In this document: positions 1 through 9,800 of the stretch, one piece after another
How positions within the stretch are numbered: position 1 is the first letter of the stretch
How the letters are laid out: each line of letters begins with the position of its first letter
IMG/VR virus record: IMGVR_UViG_3300021519_000015
Coordinates: 1-50,560 of that record
DNA from: a virus
Lineage: Duplodnaviria; Caudoviricetes
Reading direction: 5' to 3' (one strand)
Length of the DNA: 50,560 nucleotides
The notes under the pieces: generated by a model
What the model was told of the DNA's origin: nothing
Database searches by the model: none
Seen by the model: the letters and a program-made list of their open reading frames with translations, nothing else
Made by a program: the position numbers and the translations under genes

Positions 1-496
1 GCAGCGCTTCGATCTGAGTGACGGTGCTCTTCAGATCATCGAAGTACCAGTGGTCATACTGGATTCCTCCGAAGAAGAAGCCGGATGTTGTTGGCAGCTT
101 CTCCATCGCGACGGTTGGATCTTTCACGGCGAACCCATCCTCCATCAATCGCTCCACCTTTCCTTTCGTGTAGAGCGTTCCATTCTGGACCCTCGCCGGG
201 ACTAGCTCGCTTCCGGAGACCACCTCCTTGCAGAGACGCACCAGCTCCTCCAGTTGTTTGCGACTCACGTCGGACGGCTGGCATTCATCCACGCCATCCT
301 GCACGTTGTCCACGAACCATTTGTGGATCGCGTTGGCTTTGCGCCAGTAGGCGACCGTCGCGCTCACGGTGAGCGATGGTGTCGATTCACAGATTGTCGG
401 CGAGAGATCGAAAGCCTTCAGGACGGCTGCGTATTTCGCCTTCTCATCGTATCCGCTGACGTAAAAGTCAGCCTTGAGGTACATGTCTAGTCCCAT
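1..496 (-). CDS. Conserved phage hypothetical protein (partial, runs off left edge)
   Basis: Not in the ORF track. Manual translation from ATG at 496: MGLDMYLKADFY...VAYWRKANAIHKWFVDNVQDGVDECQ...LPTTSGFFFGG, a pattern I recognise from a widespread phage hypothetical family. Confidence 0.8.
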   Translation of the reverse strand, partial: MGLDMYLKADFYVSGYDEKAKYAAVLKAFDLSPTICESTPSLTVSATVAYWRKANAIHKWFVDNVQDGVDECQPSDVSRKQLEELVRLCKEVVSGSELVPARVQNGTLYTKGKVERLMEDGFAVKDPTVAMEKLPTTSGFFFGGIQYDHWYFDDLKSTVTQIEAL

Positions 497-537
497 AATG
501 TTTGGTTCTTTCTGTTGGTTGTTACTTATCTTATGCT

Positions 538-1167
538 TCATTTGTTGAAGTTCTTCAGCTCGGCATCCGACCACCTGTGCTTAACGATGAGTCCTGAGGT
601 GTTCTTGTGTGACGGTGGATACTTGCTGCGCACTTCCCTACCCACTACGCCGTCAAAGAAATTGACCTTCACCTTCTGATTCATGTGCTTCAGTGTGGCG
701 AGGTACTCGCGCAACTCGGCATCGGTGAAGCGATGGTTGGGAATGATGTAGGCAGTATCCACCACCCACTCGGACGGATCAAGCGGTGCAACTGGAAGGT
801 TGATGGTCTCGATCACCGCTCGACGCTCGGCGAATGTACCCGGCATAATCAGGTCCAACAGCACGATGCAACCTTTGGCCATGGCGTGCCTGCGCTCCAG
901 CACTTCGCAATCGACCCAGTCTGCGGTGATTTTGGCATCCGCCAACGCCCTGCGCATCTGAGCTGCTGCCAGTTTCACTTCTCCAGCAATGCTCAGCAGC
1001 TTCTGGTGGCGATTGAATAACTGCTCCATAGCAAGGTCGCCAACCAGACGCCAACCATTGAGCTTGGGTCCCCATTCAAATATGCCCCCCGGACGCGACG
1101 GACGAATGAGACTCGGGTGACCACCGTCAATGGGACGGGCCGGGAACGGAGCAATGCGCTTGCTCAC
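538..1167 (-). CDS. ATP-dependent ligase-like nucleotidyltransferase domain (no OB domain)
   Basis: Motif I-like PKLNGWR, FNRH, VDCEVL (motif III), LLDL (IIIa), FAERR, DGVV (IV); 209 aa. Confidence 0.7.
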   Translation of the reverse strand: MSKRIAPFPARPIDGGHPSLIRPSRPGGIFEWGPKLNGWRLVGDLAMEQLFNRHQKLLSIAGEVKLAAAQMRRALADAKITADWVDCEVLERRHAMAKGCIVLLDLIMPGTFAERRAVIETINLPVAPLDPSEWVVDTAYIIPNHRFTDAELREYLATLKHMNQKVKVNFFDGVVGREVRSKYPPSHKNTSGLIVKHRWSDAELKNFNK

Positions 1168-1514
1168 TTAACCTCCTTGGCGAGAGTTCGGCGAAGAGCC
1201 GCCTCGATCTCACTCTGCCCACGCTGCGCCTTGGCAAGCTGTTTGCTTGCAATAGATATGAGGATGGGTGGCACCCCGTCCATCGTGTTGAGCTGCTCCA
1301 GACGCGCATGTGCCTTGGCGACGGCGACCTCGTGCACCAGCGGCAGGAGGTCCTCGATGTCTGCAGATGTGAGGGTGCGAGCCAGCTCCGTGATCTTGAT
1401 GGAAGCCCATCGAGAGGGTTTGAAGTTGCGCGCCCGTTCCAGGTAATGAGCGGCGCGTGAAGTGATGGTGGGCGTGGTTGTCATGGTGAAGACGGCGGTT
1501 GGAGTGGCGTTCAT
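1164..1514 (-). CDS. Hypothetical protein
   Basis: 116 aa ORF directly downstream of a sigma70-type promoter; overlaps the next gene by 4 nt. Confidence 0.7.
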   Translation of the reverse strand: MNATPTAVFTMTTTPTITSRAAHYLERARNFKPSRWASIKITELARTLTSADIEDLLPLVHEVAVAKAHARLEQLNTMDGVPPILISIASKQLAKAQRGQSEIEAALRRTLAKEVK

Positions 1515-1520
1515 AATGTA

Positions 1521-1549
1521 ACAATAGCAGACAAGCGAACGTCTGTCAA
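1521..1549 (-). promoter_or_regulatory. Sigma70-type promoter (leaderless)
   Basis: TTGACA-17 nt-TATTGT with extended TG; ATG 6 nt downstream of the -10. Confidence 0.8.
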
Positions 1550-1581
1550 GTGGGTACGTCTACAACGCAACATCAAACCTA

Positions 1582-2253
1582 TCATTGGTCGGAGTGCAAC
1601 GCTGGGTCTTCGTCACGATCGAACTCACCGTCTGACGGGTTCTCTCTAGATGCTTCTGCAGAAGCTTCGATTATCTCGATCGCCTCGTGCTTGCCGCCCG
1701 TTGGCTGATAAGAGAGGCCGCGCAGTGTGATGCTTGCCGCCATGCTGTGCAAGGTGCGGTCGCCCTGCAGCATCTGCGCCAGCACCTCAGTTTTTTCCCT
1801 GCAATAGACGCGAGCGAAGCTAGGGTCATTCTGCTCGATGTCGACCCCGTTATCGATGAAGTCAGCGTACTTGATCGTGGCGCTATCGGCTCCGATTCTG
1901 GACAGCCGGGTTGCTTCCTTGTCCTTGCGGGTGCGGCGGTTCAGCGCAGGGAACTGTTCCTTCGTGTACACGTCCGTCAAATCGATCACCATCTCCGCCA
2001 CTGCGTCACCAAACAGGCGGCGAATCACACCAATGTGGATTTCCGGGTTCCTCGGCGTAACATCCTCCAGAGTATCGTGGAAGAGCGCGGCGATGATCAT
2101 GTCCTCGCTGCCACCGTGCTCTGCGACGATGGCTGCAACACGCTCCGTGTGCATCCAGTACGGGTCCCCGGTGTACTTGCGCTTGTGCCCGATGGAGTCG
2201 TGTGCGGTGCGGGCGAATGCTCTTGCTGCTGCGATGCGTGGTGTGTCGATCAT
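1582..2253 (-). CDS. HD-domain hydrolase, RelA/SpoT small alarmone hydrolase (Mesh1-like)
   Basis: HKRKYTGDPYWMH, ALFHDTLED, LTD and IKYADFIDN motifs typical of (p)ppGpp hydrolase HD domains. Confidence 0.85.
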   Translation of the reverse strand: MIDTPRIAAARAFARTAHDSIGHKRKYTGDPYWMHTERVAAIVAEHGGSEDMIIAALFHDTLEDVTPRNPEIHIGVIRRLFGDAVAEMVIDLTDVYTKEQFPALNRRTRKDKEATRLSRIGADSATIKYADFIDNGVDIEQNDPSFARVYCREKTEVLAQMLQGDRTLHSMAASITLRGLSYQPTGGKHEAIEIIEASAEASRENPSDGEFDRDEDPALHSDQ

Positions 2254-2259
2254 GGTGAA

Positions 2260-2288
2260 ACGTTAACAGGTTGGTGAACGCTTGTCAA
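2260..2288 (-). promoter_or_regulatory. Sigma70-type promoter (leaderless) for HD gene
   Basis: TTGACA-17-TAACGT, extended TG, ATG 6 nt downstream. Confidence 0.8.
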
Positions 2289-2310
2289 GTTTAATCTTAT
2301 GAGGCAGAAC

Positions 2311-2339
2311 TTGACAACCTGCTGCCATTCTGCTATTCT
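2311..2339 (+). promoter_or_regulatory. Sigma70-type promoter (leaderless) for ligA
   Basis: TTGACA-17-TATTCT, extended TG, ATG at 2346 6 nt downstream. Confidence 0.8.
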
Positions 2340-2345
2340 TTCATC

Positions 2346-4409
2346 ATGAACAAACCAGCACGCATCACCGAACTCGAAGCCCTGATCAATCACGCATCCG
2401 CCGCTTACTACGGCTCCGGCAAACCCGTTATGGCTGATGGAGACTTCGACCGCATGGTTGATGAGCTCCGCAAACTCGACCCGGCCAACCCGCTGCTCGC
2501 CACGGTTGGCACCCCTGATGTAGGTGGCAACTACACCGAGGTCCACCCGGTGCCGATGTTCTCGCTCAATAAGGCAACCACGACCGAGGAAATCGCCAAG
2601 TTCGTCAATGACGTTCGCGATGATGCCTACGTGCTGGAGGCGAAATTCGACGGCATCTCCATGGAGGTCACTTACGTAAACGGCGTGCTCACCATGGCCA
2701 GCACGCGTGGCGACGGCAAGGCCGGTGTGAACATCCTCGCCGGAGCGCGGCGCATGCCGAACCTACCCAAGCAGCTGAAGGGTGTCACCGGAACGCTGAT
2801 CGTGCGCGGCGAGGCTATCTGCCGCGATGAAGACTGGGTGAAGATCGACCCGGAGATGAAGTCCAATCCACGAAGCGCTGGCAACGGGGCAATGCAGCGG
2901 AGCGACGGCGAAGGCTGCCAGCACATGACCTTCATCGCGTATTGGGTGCGCAGCGGCACCGGGCACACCAGCTGCAATACGGAGCCCGCGCAGCTTGACC
3001 TGCTGGCAACGCTCGGCTTCACGGCCTCGGAATACGAGGTCATCAAGACCAGCTCGGCAACGGCACTCGACATCGAGGCCGCGCTGATTCGCTGGAAGGC
3101 CAAGCGCTCCGGCCTCGGCTTCCCCATTGATGGCGTGGTGATCAAGGCCAACTCGCTGGCGAAGCAGGCGGAGATGGGTGCGGTAAGCAACCGCCCGAAG
3201 GGCTCGGTAGCATTCAAGTGGGAAGATGAAGGTGTGGAAACCGAAGTGGAGGGTTGCCTGTTCACGGTTGGACACACTGGCACCATAACGGCAACGCTCC
3301 GCCTCAAGCCTGTGCGCATCCTCGGTACCACCGTTTCGAACTGCATTACTTACTGGCGCGATCTCCGGGACATGGAGATCGCTGTCGGAGACACGATAAA
3401 CCTCGTGAAAGCCGGTGAAATAATACCCCGCGTGCGCAGCGTAGTACGACGTGGCGAAAACCGGGTGCGCATCGTGGAACCCGCCACCTGTCCGGTGTGC
3501 GGCGCGGAAACGGGTCGCAAGGACGGAGGCGTCCACCTCCTCTGCTTCGGCGACAACTGCGCGGCGCAGGTCACGGGCAAAGTGAAGAAATGGATCACTT
3601 CACTCAACATCCTCGGCATCGGCGATGGCCTGCTGGAGACGCTCACCACGGCAACAGGCGGGTGGCCGCAGAGCGACAGCGGAATGCCCCCGCGCGTAGC
3701 CGATCCGTCCGACCTCTACACGCTCGACGAAACAGGCCTAGCCGGAATGCCGATGGGTGCTGGTGCGGTTGGTACGGCGCGGGCCAAGGCCATTATTGCC
3801 GAGATCAGCAAGACCCGCACCCTCGGCATCGATGACTTCATCGGTTCCCTCGGTCTGCCGCACCTCGGCAAGCGCAAGGTCGAGATTATCCGCAGCAGGG
3901 CCAATGGCAAGCTCGACACCGTGGATGCATGGTTGGACGAGGTTACCATTATTGCCAACGCCTCGCAATGTGGCATTCCCGGCACGGCAGAGGAAATCGA
4001 TGCGGCGCTCGTCGCCGCCCGCCCGCTGATCGAGAAGCTGCTCAAGCACATTGCGATCAGGGCCAAGGTGCTCAAGCCAATTGCAACACCGATCTCGGAT
4101 AGCATGGCGGATATTGCCCAAAATGGGCTGGCTGCAAAAGCTCCAGTCAGCCGTGTCGTGAACACCACCGGCACCAGCGTAGTGGCAGGCCAGAAGTTCG
4201 TCTTGACGGGTGCCGCATCCCGCCCCCGCAAGGAAATTGCGGCAGACATCGAGGCCGCTGGTGGCATCGTAGCGGACGCCATCAACGGCACCGTGCAATT
4301 CCTCGTCCAGTCTGATCCTTCCAGCAAGAGCAGCAAGACTAAGAAGGCTGAACAGCTCGGCATCAAGGTGATCTCCGAAGAGACTCTCATGCACATGATC
4401 GGCCTGTGA
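2346..4409 (+). CDS. ligA: NAD-dependent DNA ligase
   Basis: YY..D..FD Ia domain, HPVPMFSL, EAKFDG, TRGDG, VRGE, IDGVVIK, AGEIIP, CPVCG Zn finger, HhH region and C-terminal BRCT (FVLTG...SKTKKAEQLGI). Confidence 0.97.
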   Translation: MNKPARITELEALINHASAAYYGSGKPVMADGDFDRMVDELRKLDPANPLLATVGTPDVGGNYTEVHPVPMFSLNKATTTEEIAKFVNDVRDDAYVLEAKFDGISMEVTYVNGVLTMASTRGDGKAGVNILAGARRMPNLPKQLKGVTGTLIVRGEAICRDEDWVKIDPEMKSNPRSAGNGAMQRSDGEGCQHMTFIAYWVRSGTGHTSCNTEPAQLDLLATLGFTASEYEVIKTSSATALDIEAALIRWKAKRSGLGFPIDGVVIKANSLAKQAEMGAVSNRPKGSVAFKWEDEGVETEVEGCLFTVGHTGTITATLRLKPVRILGTTVSNCITYWRDLRDMEIAVGDTINLVKAGEIIPRVRSVVRRGENRVRIVEPATCPVCGAETGRKDGGVHLLCFGDNCAAQVTGKVKKWITSLNILGIGDGLLETLTTATGGWPQSDSGMPPRVADPSDLYTLDETGLAGMPMGAGAVGTARAKAIIAEISKTRTLGIDDFIGSLGLPHLGKRKVEIIRSRANGKLDTVDAWLDEVTIIANASQCGIPGTAEEIDAALVAARPLIEKLLKHIAIRAKVLKPIATPISDSMADIAQNGLAAKAPVSRVVNTTGTSVVAGQKFVLTGAASRPRKEIAADIEAAGGIVADAINGTVQFLVQSDPSSKSSKTKKAEQLGIKVISEETLMHMIGL

Positions 4410-4762
4410 GCAAGAAGGGCAAGCGGCCAGTATTTGCCCCCGGCGACCCGGACCCACTTCGTCTAGCGGTCGCCGGGCGGTGCTCCGGTATCCGGCAGCA
4501 TGCGCTTCTCCGGTATCACGACCGCTCCGGCACCTGTGCAGGCATTACGACCAAGCAGGTGCTGCACCAGATTCAGTCGCGGTTAGCCAACGCTGAAGAG
4601 ATGTGGCTTCGCCCGGAGCGCCGGGTGCGGCATATGGCTCGTCACCCCGAGCCCGCCGCTTACTTTCGGCATCGTGATTTGCTATTTGTGATCGTGAACG
4701 ACATCATTGTCACCATTCATAACGCCATGGCAGACAAGTGGTGGAGCCAGCGACCGGTCTAG
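4406..4762 (+). CDS. Hypothetical protein
   Basis: 118 aa, GTGA overlap with ligA stop; HALLRY...FVIVNDIIVTI pattern is loosely RelE/DUF-like but not assignable. Confidence 0.65.
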   Translation: MSKKGKRPVFAPGDPDPLRLAVAGRCSGIRQHALLRYHDRSGTCAGITTKQVLHQIQSRLANAEEMWLRPERRVRHMARHPEPAAYFRHRDLLFVIVNDIIVTIHNAMADKWWSQRPV

Positions 4763-5739
4763 CCTCCGGACTCAGTCAGCCCCTTACACAGGCCCGCTAC
4801 GATCTGGTTCTGAAGCTGCACGCGGTCCGCCAGCGGCATGCCGGTCGGCGTCTCCACGCAGCAATATGAAATGCCCGCGTCGCTGCACTTCCGCTCCAGC
4901 GACCCGGCATATGGCTGCCTTCCGCCTGTCACCACGCCGTCGTCAGCCGTGTCAGAGTGCACCTGCACCGCCAGGTCTGCCCCGGTGCTCGCGAGCACCT
5001 GGCGCACCGTGTGGGCAATATCATCCGAGCAATAGGCGTACACCCCGTCAACCTCGTCATCCTCGTGCGTGGTGATGACGCAACCCGGAGCTGCGTCCGT
5101 GATCTGCTGCCAGATCGATTCAGCCGTCCCATTCGTCCCGTCGTCGAAGTGGCGGTTGACATCAACCCCACCAAGCTTGCGGCTGCCGGACGTGTTGACC
5201 GGCCCTATAACCTTGACACCTGCCGGGGCATGCACCATCCGCCCGGCTGGCTCGTCGCCGTGCATACCGGTAACAAGGACGACCCCGGACTCAAGCAGGC
5301 ATTCACCAACCTCCTTGTAGCCGACCATCGGGAACTTCGCCGCCATGCGAAGCAGACGCTTAATGGGCAGGTCTATGCGAACAATGGGAACCTGGGCCGT
5401 GAAACTGCGCAACCATGCCGCCGCCCAGTGGTGATGACCGTCCAACACGTGATTGTCTGCGCTCACAATGACGGTTTTCTCCTTGCCCTTGCGCGTGATG
5501 ATATCCACCTTCTCCGGGCAAACCTCCTGTTGCGTAGGACGAAGATCTCCGGCTCGTGCAATGCCTCTTCGCACCTTAACCCCCTTGCCACGCAACCACT
5601 CAAGAAAGTTTGGCAGTAGCTTCGACTTGATCTGTGGCATGTCCCGGCGCGGGATCAACCCAACCGCCGGAATGCCAGCATCCTCGAACAGGACGTATCC
5701 TTCCAGCAACTGGCAGAATCCATGCGGTGTGAGACCCAT
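4759..5739 (-). CDS. ParB/Srx-like domain fused to M14-type (desuccinylase/MpaA-like) zinc peptidase domain; carries the shared leader
   Basis: N-half: PRRDMPQI, LRPTQ, IVSADNHVLDGHHHWAA. C-half: GMHGDEPAG, DVNRHF, TTHED, VETP. The halves are joined by CLLES. Confidence 0.75.
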   Translation of the reverse strand: MGLTPHGFCQLLEGYVLFEDAGIPAVGLIPRRDMPQIKSKLLPNFLEWLRGKGVKVRRGIARAGDLRPTQQEVCPEKVDIITRKGKEKTVIVSADNHVLDGHHHWAAAWLRSFTAQVPIVRIDLPIKRLLRMAAKFPMVGYKEVGECLLESGVVLVTGMHGDEPAGRMVHAPAGVKVIGPVNTSGSRKLGGVDVNRHFDDGTNGTAESIWQQITDAAPGCVITTHEDDEVDGVYAYCSDDIAHTVRQVLASTGADLAVQVHSDTADDGVVTGGRQPYAGSLERKCSDAGISYCCVETPTGMPLADRVQLQNQIVAGLCKGLTESGG

Positions 5740-6050
5740 TACTCGCGCTCCGGCGGAAAGTCTCCACCCATGCCGTGATCGAAGTCATCTTCCTCTTCAT
5801 CTGTGGCTGCACCAATTCTTGCAGACATCTCCAGAAACTGCTTGCATAACTGCTTCAGCTCTTGGTACCCATCCATCTCGTGTGAGCTGAGGGACTTGAG
5901 CCCAGCCACTGGATTCCTCGACCTCGCAATATCGGTCAGCTTGCGTACTACCTGCCCCATTTCGGTAGCAGTGTTCTCGAAAGCACAATAAGACATGCTG
6001 GTTTCGCTCAACGCGGGAGATTCAAGCAGGCGGTCGGCAAGGGACTTCAT
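5739..6050 (-). CDS. Hypothetical acidic-tailed protein (leader variant MKSLADRLLES)
   Basis: 103 aa, TAATG-coupled to the downstream gene; MSYCAFENT motif seen in phage hypotheticals. Confidence 0.75.
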   Translation of the reverse strand: MKSLADRLLESPALSETSMSYCAFENTATEMGQVVRKLTDIARSRNPVAGLKSLSSHEMDGYQELKQLCKQFLEMSARIGAATDEEEDDFDHGMGGDFPPERE

Positions 6051-6071
6051 GCTTGATACGTAGATTGCGAA

Positions 6072-6153
6072 GGTCGAGGCTGCGCGGTGCCATTCGGCAC
6101 ACCCCGCTCAAGTCGCACCAGTGCGGGGTGCTTTACATCGCGCAGCCTCGATT
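6072..6153. other. Intergenic multi-stem structured element
   Basis: TCGAGGCTGCGCG (6074-6086) is the exact reverse complement of 6139-6151 and encloses hairpins GTGCC/GGCAC and CACCCCGC/GCGGGGTG. Confidence 0.55.
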
Positions 6154-6562
6154 ACTTCGGCGTGAAAACGTACGTGGCCGGGGAGGTCTTTCGATCCACC
6201 TTCACCTCGTACTTGATCTTTGCTACCACAATGCGGCGCTCAACCATCCGGGCCATGGGGGCCGCCATCTTGATCTGGATCGGGCTGCCGGACTTCAACG
6301 TGCTGAGCACCAGTTGCATCCGTCGCGACTTGTCGGCGTTGGCGCTATCAATGCGCTCGGCCTCCTCCCAAATGCGGACAGCCACGTCAGACCGGTTCTT
6401 TTGAAAGGTATCATCATCCTTCAGCACCTGACTAACGTACTCGCGAGTCCGCTTTACCTTGGTCGCGATGGTGGCCTGCCACCCACGCGGGAGAAGCTTG
6501 AGGCGGTCGCGCACTTCCAACAGTGCGGATTGCTTTTGCGGGGTGAATACTGGATGGCTCAT
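6152..6562 (-). CDS. Putative HTH DNA-binding protein
   Basis: Likely start MSHPVF at 6562; QATIATKVKRTREYVSQVL is HTH-like. Confidence 0.55.
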   Translation of the reverse strand: MSHPVFTPQKQSALLEVRDRLKLLPRGWQATIATKVKRTREYVSQVLKDDDTFQKNRSDVAVRIWEEAERIDSANADKSRRMQLVLSTLKSGSPIQIKMAAPMARMVERRIVVAKIKYEVKVDRKTSPATYVFTPK

Positions 6563-6591
6563 ACCTGAAGGAACGCCACCCCGAGTTGTAC

Positions 6592-6840
6592 TCAGTTGCC
6601 GGTGTAAAGCTGGTATTGCACCCTCCACATGCCGACGCGGGAAACGTGCTTCTTCTGCGTCCAGCAAACATTTGCGCCACCGTGCTCGGGACATGGTCCC
6701 GGAGGGCGCTCGTAGTGGAACCCGACCGATGCATGCTTGTCCACCACCTTGTTGAAACCGGCAGCATCGGCTGCGGCATCCATTGCTTCAATGGTATCGA
6801 ACGTGGACTGGTGCTGGAAGGCTGGCGCGGTAGTGATCAT
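6592..6840 (-). CDS. Hypothetical protein (early, leaderless)
   Basis: 82 aa ORF whose ATG is 6 nt after a promoter -10. Confidence 0.7.
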   Translation of the reverse strand: MITTAPAFQHQSTFDTIEAMDAAADAAGFNKVVDKHASVGFHYERPPGPCPEHGGANVCWTQKKHVSRVGMWRVQYQLYTGN

Positions 6841-6846
6841 GTGTGC

Positions 6847-6875
6847 ATCTTAGCACAGACACGAACGCCTGTCAA
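6847..6875 (-). promoter_or_regulatory. Sigma70-type promoter (leaderless)
   Basis: TTGACA-17-TAAGAT; shares 27 identical nt with the promoter at 38679. Confidence 0.85.
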
Positions 6876-6891
6876 GCTGTTACTGGTACCG

Positions 6892-9800
6892 TTAGTTGAA
6901 GACGAACCGCTGAGCAACCAACCACTCACGCACCTCAGACCGTGCATCTGACCAGTTAACCGTGGCCTCCGTCCCGAACAAGGACGTTATCATGTCCCGC
7001 CGGGCATCATCCTTATCCAGCTTCGGCACCTTCAGCATCAACCGGTTGGGGATGCCAGCCCTTGGGTGAATGGTTGGTTCCTCGGCAGCGGCAAGGGCGT
7101 CCTTCATGTTGATGCCAAGCTCCCCGTCTCCGATGACCGGAATATCAATCCACGATGCGTCAAAGCCGGGCAGCACCTCCGGCAGCCACTGCGCGGCGTT
7201 ATCCATGACGTCGTGCATGATAGCAGACACCTGCAGTGTCTCCTCGTCCGGATGGTCTACGTAAATGCTATCGTGCACGACCAGAATCGCCAGCGCTTTC
7301 AGCTTCGCCCGGCGCAGCAGCTGATTGATGCGGTAGGCTGCCATCATAGTGACGTCTGACGCCGTGCCTTGGATGCCGTAGTTCTGCGACTGGCGCATGG
7401 CCTGCGCCACTTGTGAGTTCAGGTGGCGATCATTAGGGTTCTGTCGGCTCTTAGCGTAAAACGCCAGTGCTGGCAACGGAGCAACAAACCCAAAGCCGGA
7501 GCACACCCATTGATTCTGCACCGCGTTGCGATGCACCAGCTTCACCCACTCCGGCACCGCTGGGTACAATTCATCGATCATCTGGTTGAAACTGGCACAT
7601 TCCTCCAGTGTCACTGGTTCGCCCGTGTCCGGGCTGATGACCTTGCCCTTAGTGAGCAAAGCAAACAGACCGGGATCTCCCTGCCCGTAAATGCGCCCAA
7701 ACAGAGCGCCCTTGCAGATGGAGCGCTGCGTCTTGTTACTCTTGTCGGCCTTGTCTCGGAAGAAGTGTTGCTGGGTGCGAAAGTGCGGGTCCGCACCGGA
7801 CTTGAACGCAGAAATCAACGCTTTATCCCGACACATGAGCGCCAGAATGCGCACTTCCAGCCCCGAGTAGTCGCGCTGACTAATCCACCCGTTTGGAAAG
7901 CGCGATGGATATAATCGCTTAATCAGTCCATCGCGGGGCATGGCCTGCAAGGGAGGCCTCGTCACCGCCAGCCGCCCGGTGCGCGGGCCAGTGATATTGA
8001 AGCTGGCATGGATGCGCCGGTCATCCTGAATAATGCCGTCTCCGCCCTCTACCTGCATCGGGTGCACGTATGCTGTCAGGAACTTGTCTGCCTCCCGGTA
8101 GTCAAGCAGGGACTGCGCTGACAGGTTGCCGTCCAGCGCCCACTCCTGCAATGCCGTGGCATCAAGGGACGGAGCGCCAGATTCGGTCAGACTCACCGGC
8201 TCCAGCTTCAAGTAGTCAATGAAGAATGCCTTCTGCTGCGGAATCGAGTTCCAGTTGATATGTGGGTGCACCTCGGCAGCCAGCACCTTGGCGCGAACCT
8301 GTGCCAGCGGCGTGCGCGGTTTGGCCTTCGGCTCGAGCTTTGTGTAGTACTCGGCCTTCATCCACTTGTCGCGAGCGCTCTTAGCCATGACGTCCATCAG
8401 CACGGTTCGCTCAAATTCCACGATCTTCTTGTCCTCACACAGGGCCTGCCGGGCTTCCTCGGCCACTGCCGTATAATGCGAGCTCAAGCGCCCGATCAGC
8501 TCGTGATCCACTTCAAGGCCATTCGCCTCCATCTCCGTGCAGATGTGGTGATGCACGCGCCGACCGAGCATGGTGTACTCCAGCAACGAGTATGTGGGCG
8601 TCCGGTTTGGGTTGCCGGTGCGAATGAAGTGCCCGCCGACGCCAGCCGCTGTCATATCTTCCAGCCGCTGCATCATGATGCGGTACAGCGACGGCAGGAC
8701 CGCTGTATCCATGGCGGCGTATGGCAGCATTAGCTCAGACGGGAACTGCGAAAAGTTCTGCTCCGGGTGCGCAGCCTTGTAGACTTCCACGGCCCGCCAG
8801 TACTCGCCCGTGCTCGGAATGTACTTGCGTACCAGATCGTCAACGCCACGGAATCCTTGCGTGTTCGCGTCGATGCAGTACTCGAGCACCTGCGTATCGG
8901 CAAGGAATCCCTTGGGTCGCCAGCCAAAGGCAGCAATCACCGCCGTTTCATCGAACTTCAGATTGTGTCCGATCTTCTGGATGCGGGACAGCTCCATAAT
9001 ATACTTAAGCAGCTCCATCGTGGACTGCCGCTCCCGGCGGGAGCGCTCGTCTCCGCGAACTGACATGAACGGCTGCTGATCGTAATTGAGCGAAACCAGC
9101 AGCGGTGCGGGCTGAGACTCGTGGTGGAAGCTCAGCAAGAAGATGTCAAAGGATTTACGCCATGCCTGCAGCCCGGTGGTTTCCGAGTCCCACGCCAATG
9201 GTATATCGAGGTTATCTAGCACCGGACCGAACCACTTTTCCACATCGCCTGTGGTTCGAGCCATCGTGAAGGTGCGCGGAATCTCGCATACCAGTTGTAC
9301 GCCAGATGATGCAGCTTCATCTGCTTCCCGAATGCGAGATGCTGCTGCCCTCCAGAGGTCGAGGTACTTGCTCAACTGACGCTCCTCGCCGCGTGCATAC
9401 CCAACCGCCCATAGAGGGTGTACCGGAATGCTTATCACTTGCTTCTCCACCGGTTCATGCAGGCACTCATCAACTAACTCGATCAGCACATCACCGTGGC
9501 AGGCCTCCGGGTGGCACCAGCATCCGAGGCGCTTGCCACGCAGCTCCGGGAGCCTTGCCATTAGCTGTGGCTGCTTACGGATGTGATCCTTGTACTGCTC
9601 CAAGCTCCGCCGCCGCGCATACTTTTGATCATCCTCATCAAGGTCATCGTAGTTCGACGGCAGCGGAAACGGATTGCCCCACCCTTCATTCTTGTGCTGC
9701 CCGTGATCCCGTCCGATGTAAGCGTCAAAGGCTGCGCCAGACTTAATGTTGACGACCGTTGTCGGTGGTGGCGGCACGGCAAACTTGGCCGTATAAGCGC

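Noticed and set aside
9460-9760. Intein or intron in polA
   Set aside because: The insert is in frame, lacks intein termini (C/S start, HN end) and LAGLIDADG motifs, and resembles DUF4326.
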